This document shows, in pieces, positions 34,920 through 47,872 of a DNA stretch of 64,000 bases. Below the pieces are notes generated by a model. The model saw only the letters and a list, made by a program, of their open reading frames with translations. It was not told the DNA's origin and did no database searches. A program made the translations under genes and the position numbers. This DNA comes from the human T2T-CHM13v2.0 reference genome, Homo sapiens. The stretch lies in NCBI RefSeq assembly GCF_009914755.1, contig NC_060935.1. The stretch is one strand, 5' to 3'. Numbering within the stretch: the stretch's first letter is position 1; each line of letters starts with the position of its first letter.

Positions 34920-35389
34920 CTCCCCTATGCATACCTGAAAGGTAATGCTGTGTTTCTAAAAGATAGCATAGTCTCTATATTTTTCTCTCTCCAGATGAAA
35001 TCCTGAAATATATAAGCATTAAATTCCACCTGAGTGAGCAACAAGTCCTGGTGACAGAGAATTATTGTCCAAAAGTGCTGAGAGAGCTCTCTGCTTCATC
35101 ACTGTGAATACAAATACATAATGATAGATGGCTCTTCAGTTTTTTACAGAGTAAGCTTGAAGAAACTATGAGCTGTAGATTTCGTATAGTAATTATAAGC
35201 CAAATCTAACAGAATTTTATAAATTATATTTGTATCAAAGTTTACATCAACAACCTCAATATGAATGTAACTAATTTCAAAAATAAAATCATCCATTTCC
35301 TGAAAATAATAGAATTGGCAAAATTAGTTTTTGATTTTTACCTAGTTTTATATGGAATAATAGTACCTTTGACCAGTGCCATATGTGTA

Positions 35390-35550
35390 AGGAAAGGAAG
35401 GAAGATGGAAAGAGAAAAAAGAAAGGGTGGGGGAGAAGAAGGGATAGAGAGAGACAGATTGAGAGATAGAGACAGAGAGACAGAGGAAGAGAGACAAAGA
35501 GGAGGGAAGGGAAAAGTGTGTGTCTGTGTGTGTGCGTGTGTGTATGCATG
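35390..35550. repeat. GA-rich then (TG)n simple repeats
   Basis: GAGA/GACA and GTGT runs. Confidence 0.85.
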
Positions 35551-36934
35551 CATTCATTGGTATGTATAAATCTTTAGGCCTAGAAAATTAGCTAGAAGGA
35601 AATACATCAATCGCTAAAAGTTGTAATTTCTATATAGTGATTTATGATATTATCCTTTATGTTTTTTGTTTTTTTCAAGTACTCTATAATAAAAATGCAC
35701 TGCTTTATTTCCATGAAACAACCTATTTTAAAATATAATGTTTATAATATGAATATAAATATTCAAGGTGAACTGGTTAATCCATATAAAATTTTTATCA
35801 ACTATTCATTATACTTTATGGTTCAAAAAAGCATAAAGATCTACAGTCATGTCATAGGCAATTTCATTCCTCCCCAGCAGTTGACAAGGTCTATATTCAT
35901 AAGAACAAATAAGGTTTCATTTTTTAAAATTATAAGTCAGCTAAATTTAACTCTAAAGCAATAGAAATATTTTCCAGCCATGTAAGTCTGTGTGGGTATG
36001 TGTGTGCATGCATGCCTATGTGTGTGTTGGAAGTGTGGAGGTGAGTAGTGAGACTAAAAGTGGCAAAAAGAAAGAAAACAGAAACTGCATTTCTGAAATT
36101 CTTATCAGATTTCAAAAGGGCATTTAGGAACTCTTTCAAAATCAATGCCATCTGGAAACATTAAAATGTCAAAGAAACTATATCATTTCTCTTTGATATT
36201 TTCTAATTTTCAGTGTTTTCCTCCTCCTCTTTCTCACCTCCTCCTCCTTCTCCTCCTTCCCCTACTCATTCTCCTCATCCTTTTCCTACCATTTCTCCTT
36301 TTCAAAATTTGTTTCAATATGAGAGATCTGAGGCTAAGAGGTATTATATAAAGCTAATTTTTAAATATTTTCTGATTTCTTAAATAGGAAAACATTCAGT
36401 CAATTATCAAGTTTTTCCCTTTTCTTCTTTACCTTTATTCAATGCCCTTGATACTTCTCCAGTTTAAGCTTTTTTTCAACATGGTCTGATTTTGTTAACA
36501 ATACCAACAAATTAAATACTCAACCTAATTAATCCCTTTAACTGTATCCTTATTTTATCTGTTCTATCTCTGTTTAAAGAAAGTATCTCCTTACAGTTTT
36601 TTTTCTTCAAACACTATTGAATACTCTATTGTTTACTGTTACTTTCTAAATTGGAATCTTCCCAGTTTGGTGTAACACTGAATCATCATGTGGGAGTTAT
36701 CCTCGGATACTCAAAGATGTTCAATTTGTTACCATCAGTGGTTCAATTTCCTGAACCCTGCTGAGTATACAAAAAGGAAATGAAATCAAGCAGGTGAACA
36801 TTCTTTTCCTCTTCATAGTCAGACTACTCTTGATGTGAGGATTAAACCTTGTTCTTGGATGTTAATTAAATTACCCTATTTAGAACAGCATATGTACTAG
36901 GAATGACTAAAAACCTTAAGAATCAATTGATAGC

Positions 36935-39264
36935 TGATATGAGTTGGCTGTGTTCTCACCCATATCTAGTCTTGAATTGTAGTTCCCATAATCTCCACAT
37001 GTTGTGAGAGGGACCCAGTGAGAGGTAATGGAATCATGGGTGTGGTTTTCCCCATGCTATTCTCCTGATAGTAAGTTTTAATGAGATCTGATGGTTTTAT
37101 ATGGGGCTTTCGCCTTCGCTCAGCTCTCATTAATCTTTTTCCTGCTGCCATGAAAAGAAGGACGTGTTTGCTTCCCCTTCCACAATGATTATAAGCTTCC
37201 TGAGGCCTCCCCAGCCATGCTGAGTCAATTAAACCTCTTTTCTTTACAAATCACCCAGTCTCAGGTATGTCTTCACCAGCAACATGAGAATGAATACAGT
37301 AAATTGGTACCACAGAGAGTAGGGCACTGCTGCAAAAATACCCAAAAATGTGGAGGTGACTTTGGAACTGGGTAACAGGTAGAGGTTGCAACAGTTTGGA
37401 GGGCTCAGAAGAAAACAGGAAAATGTGAGAAAGTTTGAAACTTCTTAAAACTTGGAGGGCTCAAAGGACAGGAAGATGTGGGAACGTTTGGAACTTCCTA
37501 GAGACTTTTTGAATGGCTTTGGCCAAAAGTCTGTTAGTAATATGGACAATAAAGTCCAGGCTGAGGTGGTCTCAGATGGAGATAAGGCACTTGTTGGAAA
37601 CTGGAGTAAAGGTCACTCTTGTTATGCAAAGAGACTGGCAGCATTTTGCCCCTGCCTAGAGATCTGTGAAACTTTTAACTTGAGAGAGATGATTTAGGAT
37701 GTCTGGAAGAGAAATTTCTAAGCAGCAAATCATTCAAGAAGAAGCAGAGCATAAAAGTTTGGAAAATTTGCAGCCTAATGATGCAATAGAAAAGAAAAAC
37801 CCATTTTTGGGGAGAAATTCAAGCCTGCTTCAGCAATTTGTGTAAGTAATGAGGAGTCGAATGTGAATCACCAAGACAATGGGGAAAATGTCTTCAGGGT
37901 CTGTCAGAGTCCTTCACAGCAGCCCCTCCCATCGCAGGCCTGGAGGCCTAGATAGGAAAACTCCTTTAGTGGACCAGGCCAAGGGGCATCCAGCTCTGTG
38001 CAGTCTCAGGACATGGTGCCCTGTATCCTAGCTGCTTCAGCTCCAGCCATGGGTAAAAGGGGCCAAGGTACATCTTGAGCCATTGCTTCAGAGTGTGCAA
38101 GCCCCAAGCCTTGGCAGCTGCCACATGGGGTTGGTCCAGTGGGTGCACAAAAGACAATATTTGCATTTTGGGAACCTCCATGAAGATTTCAGAAGATGCT
38201 TGGACATGCCTGGATGTCCAGGCAGAAGTTTGCTGCAAGGATGGAGCCTTCATGGAGAACCTCTGCAGTGTGGAAAAGAAATGTAGGCTTGAAGCCCCCA
38301 CACAGAGTCCCACTGGGGAAAGCCTAGTGGAGCTGTAAGAAGAGGACCATCATCATCATCCTTTAGACCCAGAATGGTAGATCCACCAACAGCTTGCACC
38401 ATGCACCTGGAAGAGCCGCAGGCACTCAACGCCAGCCCATGAGGGCAGCCAGGAGGGGGATTATATCCTGCAAAGCCACAAGGGAGCAACTGCCCAAGAC
38501 TGTGGGAGCCCACCTCTTGCATTAGCATGATGTGGATATGAGCCATGGAGTCAAAGGAGACTATTTTGGAACTTTAAGATTTAATGACTGCCCTATTTGA
38601 TTTCAGACTTGTATGAGGCCTATGGCCTTTTTGTTTTGGCCAATTTCTCTCATTTGGAGCTGGTGTATTTGCCCAATGCCTCTACCCCTGTTGTATCTAG
38701 GCAGGAACTAATGTGTTATTTATTGTGCAGACTCATAGGTGGAAGGGGCTTGCCTTGTATCAGATGATACTTTGGACTCTGACTTTTCAGTTAATGCTGG
38801 AATAAGTTCAGATTTTGTGGTACTATTAGGAGGGCATTATTGTGTTTTGAAATGTAGGAACATGAGATTTGGGAGGGACCAGGGATGGAATGATATGGTT
38901 TGGCTGTGTCCCCACCCAAATCTCATCTTGAATTGTAGTTCCTATAATCCCCACATGTTGTGAGAGGGACTAGGTGGGAGGTAATTGAATCATGAGGGTG
39001 GTTTTCCCCATGCTCTTCTTGTGATAGTCAATTATCATGGGATCGGATGGTTTTATAAGGAGCTTCCCCCTTTGCTCAGCTCTCATTATTCTCCTTCCTG
39101 CTGCTATGTGAAGAAGGACAGGTTTGCTTCCCCTTCTGCCATGAGTGTAAGTTTCCTGAGGCCTCCCCAGCTATGCTGAACTGTGAGTCAATTAAACCTC
39201 TTTGCTTTATGACATATCCAGTCTCAGGTATGTCTTTATTACCAGCAGAGAATGGACTAATACA
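36935..39264 (+). mobile_element. Complete THE1 (C/D-like) MaLR provirus (LTR 36935-37298, internal region, LTR 38891-39264)
   Basis: TGATATG..AATACA LTRs; internal region starts GTAAATTGGTACC; TSD ATAGC/ATAAC. Confidence 0.93.
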
Positions 39265-39449
39265 ATAACCTTTCTGTCCATTTCATAATGAAAAGTCAGA
39301 CCTATGTAAATTAACCTAAACGAAGAATTGTTCTTTTTATAGAAGAGGATACTCTTTTGTAAAGCATCTTCACTGGATAAATTTTCCTATTAATTCATGC
39401 CTGAATAATTAAGTAACAGTGCTTTTTATACTATCTCAATTATTTTCTT

Positions 39450-39650
39450 TATCAAAGAAATATTTATTGATTTGCTAGGATGCACCAGGTGCTGTTCCAA
39501 GTAGAGCAGTACACCAAACATACAAAAAATTTTGATACTCAGGAAGTTAGTATTCTGGTGGCAGAGAAAGACTAAGTAAAGGACATGCATAACATATTGA
39601 ACGAATGGTGATTGGTGCCAAAGACATAACATTAAACAAGGAAAGGGGTC
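39450..39650 (-). mobile_element. L2 3' fragment
   Basis: AAATATTTATTGA..CCAGGTGCTGTTC..CTCAGGAAGTTAGTATTCTGGTGG. Confidence 0.5.
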
Positions 39651-40034
39651 ATATAAAGTGGCAGAGTGAATAGTTGAAATATTAGATAGTTTGGCCATTT
39701 CACTTTGAACATTTATATTCATATTATAAACATCAGATTTTTCAAACATGTTGTGTGGAAGTAAAAGCAGTATGTTTGTTATAGATTATTTGAAAAAAAA
39801 ATCCCAAAAATATAAAGGATAACATAAAATTGATAATAAACTAATTTTTACTACCTAGAAATTACAACTTTTGTCACATTGGTTTATTCTGTTCATTATT
39901 CCAAGTGAAGAGATTTATACATATGAATGCATGGCAATTATGTATATACGGGCAGACACACACACACATATAAATGTAAATGATGCTTTTTAACAATCAC
40001 AACTCTTTATTATTGGTGGTTATAGAGTAGCAGG

Positions 40035-40413
40035 TGATATGGTTTGGATATGTATCTCCACCTAAATTTCATCTCAAATTGTAATCCCTATAATCCCTAC
40101 ATGTCGAGGGAGGAACCCTGTGGGAGGTGAATGGATCATGGGGACGGTTCCCCCATGCTGTTTTCATAATAGCAAATGAGTTCTTATGAGATCTGATGGT
40201 TTTATAAGTGGCTCTTCCTTCTTCGCTCTTCACACTTCTCCCTCCTGCCACCTTGTGAAGAATGTGCCTGCTTCTGTTTTGCCTTCCGCCATGATTGTAA
40301 TTTTCTGATGCCTCCCCAGCCACGTGAAACTGTGTGTCAATTAAACTGTTTTTCTTTATAAATTACCCCGTTTTAGGTATTTCTTTATATCAGTGTGAAA
40401 ACAGATGAATACA
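40035..40413 (+). mobile_element. THE1D/MSTA-like solo LTR
   Basis: TGATATGGTTTGG..GAATACA, 379 bp; TSD GCAGG/TCAGG. Confidence 0.88.
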
Positions 40414-41498
40414 TCAGGTAATAACTTAGATTCTAGGACTAAATAGTTCTGGTTCTAATTTAGTCCTGATACTTCTTACTTTTGTGATCCTCAACAAGTT
40501 GCAGATATATGTATCAGTTTAATCAAATCTAGAAAATGAAACATAATCACACCTGGCTCACAGTCCCACACACAAAGACACAAACACGTTGGCATGCATG
40601 CATCGTACATAGTAAGTTTTTAAATATAAATTAATATAAAAGTAATTAACAGTTTGGTAAGTCTTTTGCAGATAAGAACATGGAAGAACAGGCATTCTAT
40701 TTTAACAAATCTTAACAATTAAGGAGCAAGCAACAAGTAAGTTTCCAAAAAAGATGATTGAATATAACAAATCTGAAGTTTATAGTTTTTATACTTTGTT
40801 TTCAGGACTTATTGCTATTTTAATTTTTATATAGATTTAAATCATATTGATAGGTAGTGCTTCCATGCCCACCCCAGCAAAGTATATAAATGGTATCAGC
40901 CTTTGTTGATCCTAAGAGACATTACATGCTTCCAGGTTCACAATGTCATAGGTACTTGTGTTTTCCAGGTCATATAAACATGAGTAAAGTAGAAATGAAT
41001 TAGCATATATGGTAGACTGTCTTAATATCTATATTCCTTTTATGGTATTCTCAGTTTCTTTCTCATTTCTATTGTTATTTGAGTGGCAAAGAAATCATTT
41101 ATGCATCAAATATTATTTGAGGTAATAAACATCATGTTTAGCAGCTGAAACGTAATACACATTCAGGATTTGACATGGTCAGGGCAAAGAGAGCTGCTTT
41201 GTAGTCCTGTATAGGTCTTAGAAGTGAAGTGACCCACAACTAGAATTACTGAAGATTACTGAACACGTGTTTTCTTTTAGGCTCTTGTCTACTACTGGAA
41301 TCATTTTTTTAATATTGGTATCTTAAAGATCACAGAACTTGGACATTAGGAGGGAACAAATAAGTTTCTGATAAAGGGAAACAAAAATTAGTAATAATCA
41401 TTTGCCATTTTAATTATATACTTTTTTCAGTATGGCTTTTGAAATTGAGATGTTGGCCATGATAAATTGATGGACTCCTATTCTATAAGAGTATAAGG

Positions 41499-42241
41499 CA
41501 GCTATCTCCAGCCTTGTTGACAATTTTTCCACAGACAGGGAAAGTGGAGGTGGTTTCAGGATGATTCAAGTGCATTACATTTATTGTGCACTTTCTTTTT
41601 GTTTTGTTTTGTTTTGAGACAGTCTTGCTCTGTCACCCAGGCTGGAGTGCAGTGGCACAATGTTGGCTCGTTGCAACCTCCGCCTTCCAGGCTAGAGCAA
41701 TTCTCCTGACTAAGCCTCCTGAGTAACTGGGATTACAGGTGCACACCACCATGCCTGGTTAATTTTTGTATTTTTAGTAGAGACAGGGTTTCACCATGTT
41801 GGCCAGGCTGGTCTTTAACTTCTGAACTCAAGTGATTTGCCTGCCTTGGCCTCCCAAAGTGCTGGGATTACAGGCGTGAGCCACCATGCCTGGCCGTGTG
41901 CACTTTATTTCTATTATTATTACATACTCATCATAATGTAGAATCAGTGGGAGCCTTGAGTTTATTTTCCTGCAACTAAACAGTCTCATCTGGGGATGAT
42001 GGGTGACAGTGACAGATCATCAGACATTAGATTCTCATAAGGAGTACACAATCCACATCACTCACATGTGCAGTTCACAATAGGGTTTGTGCCCCTATGA
42101 GAATCCAGTGCTGCCACTGATCTGACAGGAGGTGGAGCTCAGTTTTGCTCACTTGCCTGCCACTCACCTCCTCCTCTGCTGCCCGGTTCCTAACAGACCA
42201 TGGACCAGTACCAGTCTGTTTTCTCAGAGTTAAGGACCTTG
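41499..42241. mobile_element. MER1A hAT-Charlie DNA transposon with nested Alu
   Basis: GATGATTCAAGTGCATTACATTTATTGTGCACTTT..ATTAGATTCTCATAAGGAG..GATCTGACAGGAGG; perfect 8-bp TSD GTATAAGG at 41491-41498 and 42242-42249. Confidence 0.88.
41595..41895 (-). mobile_element. AluSx/Sz-like inside MER1A
   Basis: Antisense Alu; TSD TGTGCACTTT. Confidence 0.93.
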
Positions 42242-42697
42242 GTATAAGGAACTCTTTCCACTGGTAGATTATATAGTTATACAAATGTCCAGAAATTTAT
42301 TCATCTACAAATAATAAGTTCTCAATAAATATTTGGCATTTGGTGGCGAAATGGAATGTTTACAAGCCAGAATGAATCGGTGAGTTATTGTTGGCTACAA
42401 CACTTAAAATCTTCAAACAATGGGAGATTCAGCAGAATTTTCTCCCGATCTTCTGTAAACTCATGTGCTGATAGAAAATTTAGAGGGCAAAAAACATGGC
42501 ATGTTTTTATGCCCAAGTAGTTTACAGCTTAGCTTTTGAATGAAGAAAAGGAGAGCCAAGATATATATGCATGAGGCAATAAGAGAAAAAATCCAACAGC
42601 AATATAATTGCAAAGGTGTCACAGACTAGCAGAAGTATAGATTATTTTTGGCTAGAGAAGATAATATCATTCCCAAGACCCCATGAAAAGAAACAAG

Positions 42698-42721
42698 CAG
42701 CAGCAGCAGCAACAACAACAA
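42698..42721. repeat. (CAG)4(CAA)4 short trinucleotide repeat
   Basis: Read directly from the sequence. Confidence 0.8.
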
Positions 42722-44049
42722 AACAATGAGTATAGACTGAGAGATTCAGAAGTTAATTTTTGCATTGCTTTTACTCTGTGAGGATGACAGGAGAATGAAG
42801 TCTTTCTGGAGAGAAAAAAAGTGTGCATTCCAAAATATACACAATCATATTCCCACAATTCAAAGAATAGCATGATGTTAAAAATGGTAAAGGGAATAAC
42901 CTACAGTCTAGAAGAAAAGGCATTTTACTTGACACTGGACTTTAAGATACGTTCAATTCACATTTCATCTTGAATGTCAAAGAGCATGTATTTGATTACC
43001 AAATGATAAGAAATCATTGTACGTGGGTGAAAAAGAGTGAAATAATTATACACATCCATAAACCTTTCAACAACAGCCTTCACTCACTCCCCACTTCAAC
43101 CTTTATGAAGTTGCTTTTAGTTTTTAGTAACAGTCACCTTAACAGACCCAATTTTGAAACCCATTAATACAAAATTGATTAAACACTTAAAAAAAAGACA
43201 GGGAAAATACTCACATCACAGGTAAATAAATAAAGGAACTTTACATTTCACATTATATATATCTCTGTTCTTTCCATTCAAACACCTCTTAATTTTTCAC
43301 CCTTGTTCTGAAAAATTCATTTACCTCAGTTCATAAAAATAAAACTCAGCAGCTTGGTAAAGGGAACTTATGCATTTTCTTGAAACATGTCCTTCAAAGG
43401 CATCACTGCCTGCAACCAAAGATGTTTCTCAAAGTTTATTCGCACCCCTACCCGCTCCAAAAATATAGATCTCTCCTTAGGGAAAGAATCTACTGCTAAA
43501 AGTTGAGTAAAAAAAAAAAAGAATAACAATTTTGAAAGAAGTCATGTGATTGGTCATGGATCCTGATGCGCAACTGTTATTTTGGTAGTAATTTGTGGAG
43601 TAAACGGCTAGCAATGAATTTTGTACTTTATTTAACTCCAAATAGTTAATAGATAATGATAGGGAAATTTTAACTGTGTTGTTGGGGAACTGGTATTATT
43701 TAATTAAATTGGGGTAACTGAAATTTGTCCTTATAGGAGCCATGCAAAGCAGAATTATTTGTATCATGGCTGAGAGAATGGGCTAGAGGAAACATGTTCT
43801 GCAGTGAAGGCAAGAGAATTTGTTTGTCTTGGCTGTGGCTCAGTGAGGAGAAAAAAGTCTACATGAAAAATTCTTAGATTCATCCTAGAAAGTCTCAAAG
43901 GAAGAATGCATTTATAGTAGCCATTGGTTGGTACTGTCCCTGTGCACTTGAAAGAAAACAAAAATATCCTGGAGAAAAACACACTTGATGCAGACCTTCT
44001 TGAATTTCCATTAATAAAATAACTTGAATATTCAAAAGTTCCTCATTTC

Positions 44050-45500
44050 CACAAATAACAATACACACAATGTATGGAATGAACTACAATGAACATGCAT
44101 TGGCAAAACTAAAAGTTGCCAAAAGACTTCAGATATTGAATTATCAAATGTAAAATATTATAATGTGATTTATGTCAAGAAATCTGTTTGAAAATATGAG
44201 CATAAAGATAATAAAAAGAAGGAATTTGAAAAGGAACCACATGAGCATATTCATATATAATAATGAAATCATTAGCATAAAAAGTTCACTGTTAAACCAG
44301 AGAATCAACATAGATGAAGAGACCAATGAGCTGGAATATAAATCTGAATAAAAACGCAAAATATAACAGAAAACAATAAATTAAAAACTCTGAAGACTAG
44401 GCTAACATATAAAGGATGTAATGAGAAATTTTAACATGTCTAATTGGAAATCTGGAAAAAGAAAAATGGAGACAATGGTGGAAGCTTACTGAACTGTTGA
44501 AAGACATAAATCTTCAATTTCAGGAAGCTCGATGAATATCAAACACATAAATGAAAACAAACACATATCTAGACCCATTGTAGTAAAACTGCAGAATTTA
44601 AGACAAGAAAAACTCTGAAAAGCATCAAGAAAGAGAAATGATTACCTACAAATAAACAGTAATTAGACAGCTGACTTCTCAAGAGTAACAATGGAAGCTA
44701 TCAGACAGTGGTACAAATATCTCCAAATTATAGAGAAGAAATCACTGTCCATGCAGAATTGCATACTTTGTGAAACAGCCATCTTTAATGTGAAAGGAAG
44801 ACATTTGCAGAGAATAAAAAACTGAGTTTTTTAATATGTACCAGGAAACACTAACTAGATGACATTATAAAAAATAAAATTTGAGGACAGTATAAAGCAT
44901 TATATTTTCATACTTATACAGTGTAAATATGGAAAACACTTAGACTGAAGGCCTGATATGCAAAATAGAATGCAGAATAAGGAAATGAAATGTGAGTAAA
45001 TATAAACAATAATGTATAATATCTTGGGCTGGTAAATAAATATAAATCTCAACTAATGGGCAATAATACCATAAAACATTATAATTGATGTTTTAGGGCC
45101 TCACAGTACTGAGGAAGTGGGTAGAGTTACTGATTTAGACTCTCATGAGGTATACTATATATATAGATAGATAGATCTATATTAACTATAGATTATATAT
45201 ATCTATAAATATCTATATATTATCTATATGTCTATATATAATCTATATATTATCTATCTATATATATTATTTATCTATCTATCTATCTATCTATCATCTA
45301 TCTATCTATATAGACTAGTTACCACTAAAATACTACAGTGGGTAATTTCCATAGCAGTGGATCTGGGAAACACACTTTTAAAAATTAAAAAGTAAAAGGA
45401 GAAAATTTAAAAAATTAAAATGAGAAAACAAAATGGTAAATGTAATAGAAATAAACCCAAATGTATAAAAAATGCATTGTTGTTAGCTCTGAGCGGTTTC
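44050..45500 (+). mobile_element. Ancient L1ME/HAL1 ORF1-region remnant
   Basis: A-rich, with GAAAGACATAAATCTTCAA..GAAGCTC, CTAGACCCATTGTAGTAAAACTGCAG, ATTAGACAGCTGACTTCTC..ACAATGGAAGC. Confidence 0.6.
45150..45313. repeat. Compound (TA)/(TATC)n microsatellite
   Basis: Read directly from the sequence. Confidence 0.9.
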
Positions 45501-45869
45501 AATTAAAATAAAATGATGACTGTATCAACAGAGGGGCAAATTGAGGTGAAATATTACCTGCATTACCAATAAAGGCTGATGATATGAGTACATTGTTTTG
45601 GATGAGAGTCAATGGGTCTGTTAACTGTACCCAGAAGGACACAGACAAATGCTCTGGTCCAAGATAAGCTTTCCTGATTTTCTATCATGCAGCATATGAT
45701 GTAAGGTGCTTGGCAAAGTTTGTATCATTATAAGTCTTTAGGAGGCTAAGTTTTTTTTTAAGATTCTGAGATTTAAAGAACAGTCTCATTGGATATACTT
45801 TGAACAAAACAAAAAACAACTTCTCCAAAAAAAAAAAAGCCTCAAAACATAATGATAGGCAACACAGAG

Positions 45870-46800
45870 AAGGAAACAGTATAGCATTATGAAACAGTGA
45901 GTAGGAGACTTTAGAATGTCCATACAGAAAGCATCCCTGAAGAAGTAACATGTCAGCAGATAAATATCAATTAGGAGCCACCCTGGAAAGACATGGGGAA
46001 AGAACTGCTACGAAGATTCTAAGGCAAGATGAGACTATCAGGTTTTTACAATGAGAAGATGGCCTGGTTAACAGTGGAAAGAGAAAAGATCAAAGATGTA
46101 GGTGGACCATACAGAATCTCATAACCCTGGTTTTAAAGTTTGGATTTTTTTCTGAGTTTGATACAAGTCATCAGATTGTTTAAACAGTAGTGTGATGTGA
46201 TCTATTTTCCATTTGTAAATCACTCAAACTGCTCTGTGAAGGATAGAGTGTAAGTTAGTAAAAGTACAAGAAAAAAGTCCAGTTAGGAGTCATGGCTTTG
46301 ATCTATGTGAGAGATGACTGTGGCTTGGTGTAACATTGGAAATAAGAATGGTGAAAGGCTGGGCACAGTGGCTCATGCCTGTAATCTCAGCACTTTAGGA
46401 GGCTGAGGTGGGTGGATTGCTTGAGCACAGGAGTTCAAGACCAGCTTGGGCAACATGATGAAACTCTGTCTCTACCAAAAATGCAAAAAAGAAAAAAAAA
46501 TGAACTGGGTATCATGGCATGCACCTGTGGTATCAGCCACTCAGGAGGCTGAGATGGGAGGATCACTTGAGCCTGGGAGGTGGAGGTTTCATTGAGCAGA
46601 GATCATGCCACTGCACTCCAGCCTGTGTGACAGTAAAACCCCATTTCAAAAAAAGAATGGTGAAAATTGGAAAGATCTGGCATTTATTAGTAGTAGAGTT
46701 GAAAGAACTAGGTGGTGAATTGTTTTTAAGAGTGAGGGGAGAAAAGGAGTCAAGCAAAAGTGGGAATAACACCTTGAACATTTAGATGCATTGGAGAGTT
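45870..46800 (-). mobile_element. L2 fragment interrupted by AluJ
   Basis: GTGTGATGTGATCT..ATCACTC..GCTCTGTG..CCAGTTAGGAG..GAGAGATGACTGTGGCTTGG motifs. Confidence 0.6.
46357..46652 (+). mobile_element. AluJ
   Basis: GGATTGCTTGAG and GAGGATCACTTGAGCC diagnostics; TSD AAGAATGGTGAAA at 46344-46356 and 46653-46665. Confidence 0.93.
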
Positions 46801-47224
46801 CCCATTACTTTAAGTTTTTCAGTTAATCCTGTTTATGTCCCAATCCATGTAGTTTACTTAGGGGTTTTTAGTGTCTACAACTTCTGAGTTGTTCTTGGTT
46901 CTGTGGACTGATAAGCATCATTCTTGTTGGCTTTTCTATGCATCCTCAGCTTTTCTCCTATCTCAGTTCTAGTCAGGTACCAGTCGCTTATCTGCCATTT
47001 TAGGATTTCAGAATTGTGGGTACATCTATTATTGGTTGTTATTATAGGTAAAGCAATTAAAATAATGCCTGGAACAAAGTATGTGCTACATAAGTGCTAG
47101 TTATTATTCTTATTTTGATATTTTGTATTACTTGTTCTTGTGGGTTATCTTTTCAAATTCCCTACTGTCATTTCTTTGCCAGTTTTAAAGGGATTAGAAT
47201 TAAGAAAGCATGAATCAGTGTAAA

Positions 47225-47872
<648 letters not shown>

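Noticed and set aside
37395-37510. ~57-bp tandem duplication in the THE1 internal region
   Set aside because: As I recall this is a consensus feature of some THE1-int subfamilies, so probably not locus-specific.
35990-40610. TGCATGCATGCC shared in inverted orientation at ~36005 and ~40590
   Set aside because: Low-complexity RY sequence and the flanks do not align, so it is not an extension of the inverted duplication.
42698-42721. CAG/CAA tract as a possible polyQ exon
   Set aside because: Short, with no supporting exon structure or long + strand ORF.
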